DNA of 64,000 nucleotides from Octopus vulgaris (lineage: Eukaryota). Each line of letters starts with the position of its first letter. The first letter of the stretch is position 1. This document shows positions 23,256 to 37,000 of the stretch, in pieces. The translations under genes and the position numbers were made by a program. Location of the stretch: NCBI GenBank assembly GCA_951406725.2, contig OX597821.1, forward strand, positions 73,408,001-73,472,000, given 5' to 3'. The notes beneath the pieces are model-generated. The model was not told the origin of the DNA and ran no database searches. It saw only the letters and a program-made list of their open reading frames with translations.

Positions 23256-26200
23256 TACACACACACACATTGTATTTAATATATTTGATGCATCAAATTT
23301 GCTTATCCCCATGATTGCTTCTATACGCACACACACCTTTGATATATTTTGTGTGAAATAAAATTGTATTCTGTTACAGCTTCTTTTCAAGAAAACATGA
23401 TTTTCTATCAATAAATACAAGTTTAATGTGTAAACAGTTGAAGTACAAATACATTGCTGGTATTTGAAAGTGCAATGCTAACTATTTGAAGTTGTGATTT
23501 AAGTCTGCAGTGACTCCAACGTAACAGTCATTGTTGTACAACTTCAAAACAATTGTTTGATATGTCTGTGCATCATTCTGTAGAGTTTACCGTTAATGGG
23601 AGATGATGCAGAAGCTTGGGAATGGTTGTCGTCTTGTATTCTGCTAGTAAGATGCAAAGCATTTTTGCTGTTATTTTCTGTTCCTGTTCAGCCAATCCTC
23701 AGAACTTTGGTGCAATCACCAGGACATCAGCACAGAAAATATATACTGCATCAAGCTCAACCAATAAACCTGCACGTAAACTTTACCTCTGCTATGTTCA
23801 ATGAAGCTTTGAGCTTCTTTGAAAATCCTGTCCAATTAAAGAATTACTGTTGAACCCAGATAAAACTAAAACTTATCCAAAGATCAAACAATTGATGGCA
23901 TCTGGTTCAAAAGGAATAATTTTCTTTGATGTTTCTGTTTGAACAAACATTTTGATCTGATGTAATTTTATCTAAGTTTGTTCAATTAAGCAGATTAGTG
24001 TAGTAGTCAATTCGTCTGGAATTGCTATTAATTTACTCATTATCAATGGAGATTGATTTACAACCAATTAATTATTTCACTCGTGCATCTAATGAAATGG
24101 TTAATTTTATTAAAACAATTTTCTGTTACAGTTTAAATATTTTCTAAATTTCTAAAATTTATATATTGTTATACATTATTATCAACATTTAAAGGCGTCC
24201 GTGCTTGGAGTAGAATCTTTTTATGTTGGAAATAAAGTGTTGACATATTTAATGGTGAATGAAGTATTTGAACGAGAAGAAAATGAGAGAAAAAGATTAA
24301 ATTTTCTTTTCAGTTATTACAATGTGGCAGACACTAATCATTCATAAACACGAAAACTTTGACACCAAATAATAAACGATTGAGTTCTTGTGTGTATGTG
24401 AATGGCTAGCATCTGTCTTACACGCTGTAAAAGCCGTAGTTTCAACACAAAGCTTCGGATTAAATCATTGACAAAACAAATATAATTCCAAAATTATTTT
24501 TAAAAATTGCTGTCAAGTATGGGAGACAACTCTTTATGATGTTGAATTATTAACTTCAAAATAATGTTAGTCTCCCTTTAATTTACCAAACTCGTTTTAG
24601 ACGAAACATTTTACAGTTCTTGAAATTTGGTACGGAAGTTGAATTTCAAATCTTGGAGTCTTTGATGTGCACATTAATTGTTGATTTTATTCTTTGAGAG
24701 CTAAAACTGTACAAATGCTGAGTTATTAAGAGGTTCCTTATGTGAATTACTAGATTTTCCTCTGCGTGGTTGTGACACTCCACACATAACGTGAAATAGG
24801 CTGGTAACAATCTTTATGTTGTCTGCAAAATGATTGGAATAATTTCTCATGATATACATTGACGGTATTCCATATGTAACGAGGATTTTTTCTGTTTATC
24901 AATTTTCGACCTCTGTGCCGGTGGCATGTAAAAAGCACCCACTATACTCTTGGAGTGGTTGGCATTAGGAAGAGCATCCAGCTATAGAAACACTGCCAAA
25001 TCAGACTGGAGCTTGGTGCAGCCTCCTGGCTTCCCAGACCCCTGTCGAACCGTCCAACCCATGTCAGCATGGAAAACGGACGTTGAACGATGATGAAACG
25101 ATTCAATTCTCGCTTACTTCAAATGAAGATGCAATGTATAGAAATTAATATAGGTTATATATAAATGACCATTATATTATGCTGTGTTCTGAAGAATTAG
25201 GTAGAAAAGGAAGAAATAAAAAAAAACATATGTGTCATACTTTTGATGTATTTCAGTAAAAAAGATGTCAGAATTGATACTTGAATTTGAGGGGTCAGTT
25301 TAAAGAGTTGAAATCTGAGCAGTACGAAAGTTAAACAGATGGATTTTGAGGACTGCCTCTTTTTAGATGTTTGAATTATTCACTGTTATTTGAGCAATTA
25401 ACTTCACAGTTTCATTCAGAACGATACAAACAATCTCGAGTTCTTGTATTAATTAGTACAATAAGAAAATACTGGTCATCAACTAATTTCATACTTCTGG
25501 CTGCATAATTATTTCTAGTTTAGGTATTTAAAGGTTCTTTTGCTGTTTTTTTTCTTCTTAGTGTTGAATACATTGGAGATGTACAACATTTCCCTTTAAA
25601 AAGAGTATTTAATGACATAGGTATTCCATCAGCATTGTATTTCATAGGTAATAATACCTGCAGTTGCTGCTACTCATTGAAATATTTAAGACTGCATGTA
25701 TTAAATGCATTGGCGTCCACATTTCCTGTGGGCTGACTCCACACAGACATTCTAGTTTCTTGACAAGTTGAACCAAGTCAAAACGGAAAGTCTTCACAAT
25801 ACCATGTTTAGTAAGAATGCCAACAATGACTTTGCTGAGATGATGAGAGAGACTGTAGGCTTGACATACTAGAAATAGCAGCTCTATCTTCCTCAAGATA
25901 CCATACTGTCTTATATAAGAAGAGTATATTTGGCGATGTTGTCCCTGTTACATTGAAGGATGTTATGATCACTGGAATGGCATTGATGAGGGTCTGCTTC
26001 ATCAATCAAAGTTAATTTGGGACTAAACAACGTCAATCATCTAAGGTTTTTGATTTAAATGGTATCTCTGGATTCTTTAGACATTGCTGTGTTTATCGTT
26101 TGATGTATTTGTACAGCAAACCGTATTACCATGTTAAAACTTATCTTAGTCAATATTGTAACTTTGATCTGGTTAAGGAACGGCTATCCGGTTCTGGAAC

Positions 26201-27652
26201 TCTGTGGTCCAGGAACACAAAGGCAAAACCAAAAATTGCTAATTCATTACTAAATATATTTATCTGGAAGTTAATTTATTAACCAAAAAAAAAAAAAAAA
26301 AAAAAGGAAAACATTCTTATTATCTGGACTTGGAAATTTTCTCCAAAGTTGTTTTGTTCTGTTTTTTAATTTTTATTTTTGTGTGATGCATGTTTTATTT
26401 TTTTGTTTTTGTTGTGTTTAGCATTCAATTTCTAATTAACATTGTTCTTTCTAATTATTTGTTTTCCTTAACATTAAAGAACCCATCTCTGACTGTTTAA
26501 TAAACTATTGGTTAATCATTGTAGGATATTTTTGTTTGATGCCCAAAGGTAAAGTTGTTAGCATGGTTTTTCCACATCTTATATAACTGCTTTTTGCCTC
26601 CTGTAGAGCCGACATACATCAATGTATCTATGTGTGTATGTGTCTGTATATCTGTAATGTAAGTGGCTGTTATGTTTGTGTGTTTTGTATGGAGAGTAAG
26701 CAGTAAGATCAGAGTTGTAAGTAAATTCTTTTTTGTCTGTTACAGCAGGTCTGAAGAAGAAGGCATGTTTCGATTTATCCATTCCTGTAATGCATGTTGT
26801 GTCCTGCTTTCCATTACACGTAATCTCTTGATGCCATCAATACCGAAATTTGCATTATATCCGTCTTGCAACAGCTTCTGTCGTACACAAACACACATAC
26901 GGACATGTGTGCGCGTGTATATGTATATATCTATGTGTCGTCATCATTTAACGTCCATTTTTTCCTGCTGGCATGGGTTGGACGATATATGACTCAGTTA
27001 ATTGAGGATTGTACAAACTGCATGATGTATATAGTTCAGTGTGTGTGTGTCTGTGTGTTTGAAGTTGGTGATTTATTCTACTGTTATACAGAGAACTTCA
27101 GATGATGCTCAGTCAGATCAACAGTGGAAACTAAGTTAATCATTGGCCTTCAGCCAATTATTATACTCAGCAGCATCTATTTCGAGTATTCTTTCTTATG
27201 CACACCTTCACATTGTGTGTGTATGTGTGTTTTATGATTGGTTGGGCATGGTATGGAGAGGACGTATTGCCTTTTTGGTTTTGACTTAGACAACTTTTTG
27301 CTGCGATGCTTGGATTAAAAAAAAAAAAAAATTCATCTTTTTAAAGTTATCTTTATAATTAATCAAAAATAAACTCAGACCAGTCTGTGGCATGTATTTA
27401 AGCAGCGAAGCTGAACAAGGTTATATCAGGTAACGATTTGTGATTCATTAAAATTATCTTTACTTCCAGAGAAGGTTGATCAATCAACAGGTGGCCGTTG
27501 GTGCTGACTGTAAATAAGAAGTGGGGGTGATAATTGCAGTATTTAAAAGATCAACAATAACTAAATTGTGACGGTGTATGGGAAAGTCCATTGGATGTTG
27601 ATAAATTAGCAACTGAGAAAAACAGGGTCAGAGTGAAAATAGTGAAGAAATA

Positions 27653-27923
27653 CAGTTCTGTATTTAAGAGATGAGGATTTATGAACATTATTTACATTAT
27701 TTACATTTGATGGATATTTCTCCTCATCCTGTTTGTTGTTAAACACAACGTTTCGGCTGATATACCCTCCAGCCTTCATCAGGTGTCTTGCAGAAATTTT
27801 GAACCTGGGTTCTCATTCTTAAGGTATTTTTGATGTTGTTGTTGTTGTTATTCTTCAGGTCACTGCCTGGAATCGAACTTGGAATCTTGGGGTTAGTAGC
27901 CTGCACTCTTAACCACTATGCCA
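27653..27923 (-). mobile_element. Family A monomer: tRNA-like head, (AAC)n, hammerhead, 3' tail
   Basis: A box TGGCATAGTGG, B box AGTTCGATTCC; 12-bp TSD agtgaagaaata at 27641-27652 and 27924-27935. Confidence 0.85.
27742..27787 (-). ncRNA. Minimal hammerhead ribozyme, family A, intact core
   Basis: gacac CUGAUGA a ggctg gagggtatat cagcc GAAA cg UU gtgtt. Confidence 0.82.
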
Positions 27924-28479
27924 AGTGAAGAAATAGGTCTGCACATCGTTTCATTTTTTTCACAGACAAACACTCTGTATTTTTCTCAGCTGTTTATTTA
28001 GTGACATCCGATGGGTTTTCCCATGCACCATCACAATTTTGATATATTGTCGAGAATATTCTTTTCTACTCTAGGTACAAGGCCCGAAATTTTTTTTTTT
28101 GTGGGGTGCAGTCAATTAGATTGACCCCAGTACTGGTACTTAATTTATTGGCCCTGAAAGGACGAAAGGCAAAGTCAACCTCAGTAAAAATAGACAAAAT
28201 ACTGCTAAGCATTTCGCCTGGCATGCTAACGTTTCTGCCAGCTTGCTGCCTTATATTGTTGAGAATATTGAAATGTATTTTAATAGTTAACGGTTTGCTT
28301 TCATTTCAAAAGCTGTTGCATTGAAAATCATAAGTTGTGCTAAAAATACGAGAACATTTTCCAGTTCATATTGCTTTTGCTGTCTATAATTTTGTTTTAT
28401 GGCATTGCACAATCATACACAGATATGTTGTGATACACATGTTCCCTCCACAATTAGGAATCAGCACCTCTTGGAGGGA

Positions 28480-28607
28480 ACATATGGAAGGGGTAGACCC
28501 AGGAAGACGTGAGATGAAATGGTGAGAAAGGATCTTCAGATGTTGGAACTCAAAGAGGGGATGATAAAGGACCAAGACTCTTAGCGGTTTGCTGTGCTTG
28601 AGAAGAC
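28480..28607 (+). pseudogene. RTE ORF C-terminal relic
   Basis: ggagggaaca...ggtagacccaggaagacg matches 13392-13430. Confidence 0.6.
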
Positions 28608-30555
28608 ATCATCATCATCATCGTTTAAGGTCCGTTCTCCATGCTAGCATGGGTTGGACAGTTCGACCGGGGATCTGGGAAGCCAGAAGGCTGCACCAGG
28701 CTCCAGTCTGATCTGGCAGTGTTTCTACAGCTGGATACCCTTCCTAACAGCAACCACTCCGTGAGTATAGTGGGTGCTTTTTACGTGCCAGAGGAGGCTG
28801 GCAATGGCGATGTTCGGATGGTGCTTTTTACGTGCCACCGGCACAGGGATCACAACAGCAGTTTCCATTGAAGACATGTCAGGCTAAATAAAATCAGGGC
28901 ATAGAGGCTTGTTCTCTGCATTCCTCATCTTGCTGGTTTGTGGATGCTGGTGCCATGTAAAAAAAACAACACCCAGTACACTCTGTAAAGTGGTTGGCAT
29001 TAAGAAGGGCATCCAACAAAGAAACCAAACCAAAACAGACAGCGAAGCCTGATGCAGTCTTCTGCTGAGCCAGCTCTTGTCAAACTGTTCGACCCATGCC
29101 AGCATGGAAAATGGACATTAAATGGTGATATCACACACATTCACGCGCAGATATCTTTTCTTTAATATAAATGTTATATATGTAGTATATAACTACAATT
29201 ATGGCCATCACCCAAAATCAGAAAATGACTTGTTATTGGGCACTAAAGCTTCTGCTGATCACTTTAGTTGGGATCAGACCTAAACATCTTCTTAGCCCTC
29301 AGTCTTTGCTCTGTGGATCATCAAGGATTTTACCAGTAATTGATTGGGGTTTCCTTTCTTGATCCTCAAAGGATGACAGGGGAAATTGCCTTCAGTGCAT
29401 TTTCAACCAAGAGTGTAGAGGGGAGCTGGAGCAAATATCATGATATACTTCAGTGTACATTCTAACAACCCTATCAATTGACTGCCCCAAATATGTGTGT
29501 GTGTATATTTATTTATGCATATTTATTTATTTGTGTATGTCATCATCATCATTTAACATCCATTTTCTATGCTGGTCACCTGATCATTACCAACGTCACC
29601 TTACTCGCACCTGTGCCTGTTATGTGTGAAAAGATTCAAGCGAGGTCATTGGCAGTACCGCCTGACTGGCATCCATGTCAGTGGCATGTAAAAAAGCACC
29701 CACTACACTCTCAGAGTGGTTGGCATTAGGAAGGGCATCAAGCTGTAGAAACTCTGCTAGATCAGATTGGAGCCTGGTGCAGCCACCTGGTTCGCCAGCC
29801 CTCAGTCAAAATCGTCCAACCCATGCTAGCATGGAAAGCGGACGTTAAACGATGATGATGATGTATCGGATGGTCTGACAGGAGCTGGAAAGCTGCACCA
29901 GTCTCCAGTTGTCTGTTTTAGCATGGCTAGATGTCCTTCCTAATGCCAGCCACTTTAAAGAGTGTACTGGGTGCCTTGTATGTGGCACCAGCGCAGGTGC
30001 TTTTTACATGGCACCAGCATAGGTGTGTGTGCATGAGGTAAATATCATTTAATAAACATGGGATTTAAATGTGAAACATTACAGGGTAGTGCATGGCATG
30101 CTATACAAGCTCATCCGACTATTGTGCTATCAGAGCATGAAACTTATAAGTAGATCGTTTTTAAATTCTGTGTTTATTAAATGATGTTTGGAAAGAGTGT
30201 CAAAGCTGTAAAATCTCTGATTTTAATCCTTGTTCTTGTATAATGTATCTCTGTTCTGGACTAATGCAACTGTTATTGCCGTAAATAATTTCAGTCTTTT
30301 AGACATATAACCACTTAGCTGTTTTAATTATGATTAATCGAATTTTAGTTGTAAAAGTCACCAGAATTGTATTGTCTGTGATTCCTAGAGTTAGGGTTGG
30401 GTTGTCTATGAGATTTTGTTGACTTTTATGTAGCTTCCATTGATATTGTCTGGTTTCAAGAATTGCTGTTGAAATATTTCACAATTGTTTCATATCATAC
30501 TTTACATTCAGTACTTCAATGGACATTCTTAGAAACACAAAGACATACTTAACCC

Positions 30556-30712
30556 TTATTTACATTATTTACATTTGACGGATATTTGTCCTCATCTTCT
30601 TTGTTGTTAACACAACATTTCGGCTGATATACCCTCCAGCTTTCATCAGGTATCTTGGGAAAATTTTGAACCTGGGTTCTCATTCCTAAGGTATTTTTCA
30701 TTATTATTATTA
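30556..30712 (-). mobile_element. Truncated family A copy with hammerhead at 30609-30654
   Basis: Near-identical to 27690-27850; core CUGAUGA/GAAA kept, stem substitutions. Confidence 0.75.
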
Positions 30713-32037
30713 ATTGACCTCCACTCCCAATTTTATGAGGAGGTGAGCATGTGAAAAACCCTGTCCTTCACATTGTAAACAAGTGAGGCCTAGACCCTTT
30801 GCAGGTGAGGAGATTGTGCTGATGATATTTATTCTTTGGTTGAAGTGTTTACCTTTAATGCAGACAATGAGAATGATTTTGGACAATCAGACAGGTGAAA
30901 ATGATGGCAAAAGTAATGATTCCAATGAACAAATACTGTCTTTGAGAGGAAATGGGCCTCTTAATTCTTATTCTCCTGAATTTTGTTTCTGTGTCTTTGT
31001 CCATTACTCTTCCTGCAATTCTAACTCTTGAGCTGTGAAAGCAACTATTTATTTTTTTGCTGAGGAACCCAGGTGGAGGGTAAAATTAGACACGGGGGTC
31101 CAGGTCTGAGAGGGTTAAAGACATAGACATGCATAAAGATCCTTCATCATTGTACAAGCTGACTGAGTAAGTAAGGCCATTCATCTGTCTTCTAGGTTAT
31201 GAGTTCAAACTACTGCAGGCATATTTTGTGTTTGTTTTTGAAGAGAACACTCCAGTTTATGTGACGTGTTACCTGGATGTCGGTAATTAATGTATCGGAT
31301 CACCTGAGAAGAATGTTATATTGGTAACTTATTCCAGAGAGGAATTATTTCTCATTGGTTTATTGTCTTGAAATCAAAATTCAAAGTTTTCCATTCCGGG
31401 TGGGCAGTGGGGTTTATTCCACCTCCTTCTTCTATTGTTGCTGACCAAAGCATCACATTTTTCTGAATTTGACCACCTCCTCAACATCAAATGTGAATTC
31501 CTAAATTTTTAGCAAAAGATTTCTAGATGAATGCTTTCCTCTTTGTCATTTAAATCCTGCTTTGAACCATTTCAGTGAGAAAATAAAAAAAGACATATTC
31601 CAAACTGATGACAATCATTGATAATGATTAAAGATTAATCTAACCATGATAGATGAATATTGGCTTGAACTAGTCAAGTACTTTTGAGTTTCTCTCCCAA
31701 ATTTTTAAACACGAAATTGGTTTTTAAACTCTGCATCTAAGAAACATTCTCATTTAGTCTTAGAATTCTTCTGTTATCTGGAGAGGCAGTTTCTCTTGTC
31801 TGTGTCATGCTTGAGTAAGTTGTGGTTAATATTTGTTTATATTTTGGCAATAAATGTGTAAATGTCACCTATTTGCATGTTTTTGTTGTTGAATGCATAT
31901 AATGTGCTTGATAATAATAATAATAATAATAATCAAATCTCCTTCGCTAACATCAGACTAAGGTTGCATGAACTGTATTCATTAACAGCACCATTACCTG
32001 TTGCTACAGCCTGACCAGAGTATTACACACCCTCACA

Positions 32038-32084
<47 letters not shown>

Positions 32085-32209
32085 GAAACAGTTTTGTTTC
32101 AGTTTTGATATAAATACAACTTGGTAAGGCAGTGACTTTGCATAAAGATTACCTTGATGTGTATTACTGCTAGTTTTCACATGTGTATATTATGTGTATA
32201 TATATATCT

Positions 32210-32520
32210 GGAGGCGCAATGGCCCAGTGGTTAGGGCAGCGGACTCACAGTCGTAGGATCGCGGTTTTGATTCCCAGACCAGGTGTTGTGAGTGTTTATT
32301 GAGCGAAAACACCTAAAGAGCTCCACGGGGCTCTGGCAGGGGGTGGTGGCAATCCCTACTGTACTCTTTTGCCACAACTTTCTCTCACTCTTTCTTCTGT
32401 TGGCCTGCTCGCTTAGCCAGCGGGGTAGCATCATTTGAAGGCTTAAACAATGTGAAGCGCATTGTGACCAGCGATGTGTAGCAACATCTGATAGCCCGGT
32501 CGGTCACGGTGATCACGTGA
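32210..32520 (+). mobile_element. tRNA-derived SINE between (TA)n tracts
   Basis: A box TGGCCCAGTGG, B-box-like GGTTTTGATTCCC. Confidence 0.75.
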
Positions 32521-32676
32521 TATATATATGATGGATTCTCCTGTTGGTCACGATGTATGAAAATCTGACTATCTGCACTTTCTTTGTCAGTTATAATGCT
32601 TATGTCGAATGTTATTTGAGTCCTGCCAATGAGTTGCGAAGAAGCCTGCAGATGTTTCAAGTATGAAGATGACGAG

Positions 32677-32990
32677 TCAGTGCAGGCGGTATATTTGCAG
32701 CAGCTTTTCTCCTTTGCCTTGCACCCTTATTGAAACAAAGTCTCTTATATTTTGACACAACAATCTCCATTTTGTTTGCTCCAAGGCTGTTTGCTCAAAG
32801 ATGTTGTGAGCTATATCAACTGCTGAGAGGGAACTCTTCAGCTTGTCCTTATATCTGATCCATGGTTCACCAATGTTCCTGTGCCCCACTATCAAGCTGA
32901 TTGTACACGAGGACTTTGTGTATTCTTTCATCACTCATTCTGATGACATGCCCGGCCCAGCGCAACTGCAACTGCTCATGTCCTTCTGCT
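32677..32990 (-). pseudogene. RTE/BovB-like LINE C-terminal relic
   Basis: - strand QLRWAGHV and RYKDKLKSSL...W pattern, decayed. Confidence 0.55.
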
Positions 32991-33006
32991 TAATTGTTAT
33001 TTTGCA

Positions 33007-33237
33007 CATTATTTACATTTGATGGATATTTGTCCTCATCTTGTTTGTCGTTAACACAACGTTTTGGCTGATATACCCTCTAGCCTTCATCAGGTTCAAA
33101 ATTTCCCCCAAGACACCTGATAAAGGCTGGAGGGTTTATCAGCCGAAATGTTGTGTTAGCAACAAACAAGATGAGGACAAATATCTGTCAAATATAAATA
33201 ATGTAAATAATTCCTCATCTCTTAAATATAGAACTGT
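33007..33237. mobile_element. Family A inverted pair, both arms 5'-truncated, both hammerhead cores mutated
   Basis: 33007-33093 inverted relative to 33117-33203; 12-bp TSD tgttattttgca at 32995-33006 and 33237-33248. Confidence 0.82.
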
Positions 33238-33874
33238 GTTATTTTGCAGTGAACTGGTTCTGAGTCCCAGTTATGCAGTCCGTTGTATGTATTAGTGAAC
33301 CAGAATGTTTGCTCTCTGCTAATAAAATGTACTTACTTATGAATGCTAAATGCACACGTGTGTGCACACAAAAGCCAGCCATTTAATGAATTCAAATTGC
33401 TCCCCTCAGAAGACTTGGATAGCAATGTTATAAATAATATAAATAATATCAAAAGTTGATGATTTTGGTAAATGGTAAACAGTTATCAGAATGGAGTTCC
33501 GTTTTGGGTTAACCCTTTAACATTCATATTGTCCTGACAAAGGTAATACTTATTTATTCACATTGTTTTTAATTAATCCTGTATTATCTTGTAGCTTTGA
33601 GATTGTAATGATGTGATTGTCTATTCTTGGGAATTACATTGTAGGGTAGGTGGAAAGTGCCAGACCTGGCTGCTTTAAACACAAAACAGAATATTTGGGC
33701 TGGATTTGGGTGGTTTAAATGCTAAAGGCTCGAATGTTTTGTCAGTAAGTATACAGAAAATGGTTTCCAAATGAATTTTGTTTGAAACTGTAGAGAACTC
33801 CCCCATTGTTTTGTAATTAAAAAAAAAAAAGAATTGTAATAAAATGATTGTTTTTGTTTTTGTCTTTATCTCAG

Positions 33875-34068
33875 ATATTAACTTTGACGAGTTCTTAACT
33901 ATGTACAAGCACCTGTTTGAATATTGTAAAAGGGTTGTCCTGAAAAGTTACGTTTTGGAAGAGAAAAATATTGGTGAAACCCCTGCTGTTAAAAATAACA
34001 AACTTCCTGCTGTAAATAATTCCACAAATAGAACTTTGGACCATAAATTGGGAAATGGTTTTACTAAG
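33875..34068 (+). CDS. CEP43: CEP43 exon, end of EF-hand 2 (NINFDEFLTMYKHLF...GNGFTK)
   Basis: tttatctcag / gtaaaa; phase 1-0; INFDEFL is a typical EF-hand exit. Confidence 0.82.
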
Positions 34069-37000
34069 GTAAAAGAATAATGCATCTCTTTTGTTGTCTG
34101 AGTGTTTAAATGTTTAACTTTTGTCACTGGAACTCCTGCAACAGGTGGTTTTGAAGAATTTCTATTTGAAAGACAAACTGGATGAATTTGGTAGTTCTGC
34201 AGAAGGAATTGCCAAGAATTGCCCCAATTAAAGATGAGTTGGTAATGAATATCGTATCCTGATGCCTTCATTTGGTCAACAGGCATTTATGGTTGTAAAA
34301 GCATGGGCTCTGGACAAATCTGAAGAGAAATGTGGGTGTGTGGAAGATGTTAGTAGTTTCTTACGAAGGTGCCCATGCTGATAGGGTGCCAAGAACACCA
34401 TCCGAGCGTGATCGTTGCCAGAGGAGCCAACTGGCTCCGTGCCAGTGGCATGTAAAAGGGCGCCATTCGAGCGTGATCATTACTAACATCGCCTTACTGG
34501 CACCTGTGCCGGTGGCATGTATAAAAAGATTCGAGCGAGGTCATTGCCAGTACCGCCTGACTGGCCCTGTGCCAGTGGCACGTAAAAAGCACCCACTACA
34601 CTCTCGGAGTGGTTGGCGTTAGGAAGGGCATCCAGCTGTAGAAACTCTGCCAGATCAAGATTGGAGCCTGGTGCAGCCATCTGGTTCGCCAGCCCTCAGT
34701 CAAAATCGTCCAACCCATGCTAGCATGGAAGGTGGACGCTAAACGATGATGATGATGATCATCAGTCAAATGAATAGGTTGTTAGAATAAGTAGGTGAAA
34801 GACAACAATTCTTGGACTTTGTGAAGCAAATAACAAAAACTTGTCTATTAAAGCCTTATTTGAAGAGGCAGACATTTGGAAAATATTATCTTGGAGGGAA
34901 AAGGAGAGGAGAAAGTAGATGAAGAGGCAAGCAAAGAATGCAATGGAAGAGCCATATCGTGAGTTGGTTGGACAGGAGGGGCAGCTGGAGAACTTGCGCC
35001 TAATTGGAAAGATTTTTGGTGTAGTTTCAACAACGCACTAGAGGTGTATGATACATGATTCTTTCCGACTTTTTTTTTTCTTATGAGAACTTACATTTGA
35101 ATGATGTTGGGTGACACTGTAAATATTGGATAATGAAGGAACATATTTTGTTGGAATTCAGAATTGCAGATCTCTAAGAGCCAAATTCCAGGCGTGTGCA
35201 GGGATGCCATTCATTCTGCAAGCTTTACCATCCTGGATTGATTTGAGGGCATCTTGCAGTTCTTTCCAACTAGATTGGTATTACCCTCAGCAGTTCCTGG
35301 AGTTTTACCTCGAAGATGTTCAATGTGAACTCTGGGAAGCTTGCAATATCGTACACCATCAAAAAGTCAATAGATAACTGGAGAGACACTTGATTAATAC
35401 CAATACCCAAGAAAGGAGACTTGGCTATTACAAAGAACTGCTGTGGCATTACACACTCTCCCTAATTGCAGTTAAAATCTACCATTGTTGAAAAGAATCG
35501 GTCAAGTTTGAGAAAATTCTTCAGAAGAATCAGAACAATTTTCGTCCAAATAGATCTATGATAAATAAGGACAAATCCTTAAAATTAAGAGAAACGTTTA
35601 AAGAAGAGAAGATAGCAGCTGTACTACTTTTTGTAGATTTCACAAAAGTTCGATCTGAAGTGGGGAAAATGCAGCAGTTATTGCTAGTTTATGGCATTCT
35701 TGGAGAAACTATGACTTGCTATAATCGTGTCATGTCATAACACTAACGCTGAGGCTTGTTCTGATGAGGTAAACATTAATTTCTTCAAGATCACTACAAG
35801 AATACCTGATGTACGCTTCACAAAAGCAAGGGAGGCAACTCTGTTGTTAAGTCAACATTATTAACTCCCTTACATCAGCCTTTAACCTTCGATCGTTCTT
35901 AAGAATTTGTTATTTCGATGTTGACACCACCACCACCACCACCATCGTCCCCTCCGTCCTTCCACCAGCAATAATAAGATAAGCGAATGACATTCTGCGG
36001 CCGAACCAACGCAATGCAATCTGAAGGTAAAGGTGCCACTTAAAAACACCAGGTACACATGTTTAGTAAAGAAATGCTGTCAAATTTTCACTGTTAGAAT
36101 TTTCTCTTTTGAAGCATTCTCCTTGAGCCAAAGTAAACTTTTGCTGCAAAAGCATCTTAGAACCTCGGAAGCATCGTCTTTTCCCAATATTTCAATGGGC
36201 AAAAGATGCTGGATGTCATTCTGTGGTCTAATGGAACTCGGATGTTGACAACGATTACAGCTAATGGAAATATAATGGTAGAAGTGTTTGGTTGGAATGA
36301 AATTAAAAAAAAAAAATTAAGAAAATGAGGAAAAATATTAGTATATTCATAAAGTGGTGCTCCAGCATGGCATGGCTTCAGTGACTGAAACCACGAAAAG
36401 AATTTAAAAAAAAAAATGTGGGAAATATTAGAAGAATATGGGAAATAGATTCTGTGAGAACCAGCTTAAAGAATTAATTTTGTGACTGAGATAGAAAAAA
36501 GAGAGGGATGAAAGACATCACATCACTGTGATTATGTTTGTGCTAAAGACTGAAGAAAGCTGCTGTACAAAACCATTATAAAGCCTGTCTATTTGTAGAT
36601 GTCTGTATCTCTAAACTGAGTTTGTTGCAGTACTGTGTGGTGGTGGTGGGGGGAGTATTGCTGGTGTATTTGATTAGTGTGACTAGAATCCAGTTTCTTT
36701 ACCAGAAAAAAGCCCTTTAATTAAATACTAATCTTTGTTTTTCGTGTGTGTATGTGTATGTGTGTGTACACATTGGCATTTAATTAAAATGGTAATGGAC
36801 AGTAGATTTGCTCTCAGGTTACATCACTTTATGTTCCGATTTCAAATTCATTGCACAAAAGTAAAAATAACAAAACAAAACAAAAAAAAAAAAAACCCAC
36901 GATGTCAGCCTGGCATAAATTCCATTTGTAGAAATGGTTTACCAAAGTACATAATGTAGAATACTGAAGCTGATCAGAGTTTGTCTCTCTGAAATCTCAT

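Noticed and set aside
23440-24100. Possible decayed transposase-like sequence
   Set aside because: Many stops and no motif I can identify without a search
27860-27923. tRNA gene
   Set aside because: No acceptor stem and poor anticodon stem; it is the head of a repeat. The same applies to 32210 and 38312
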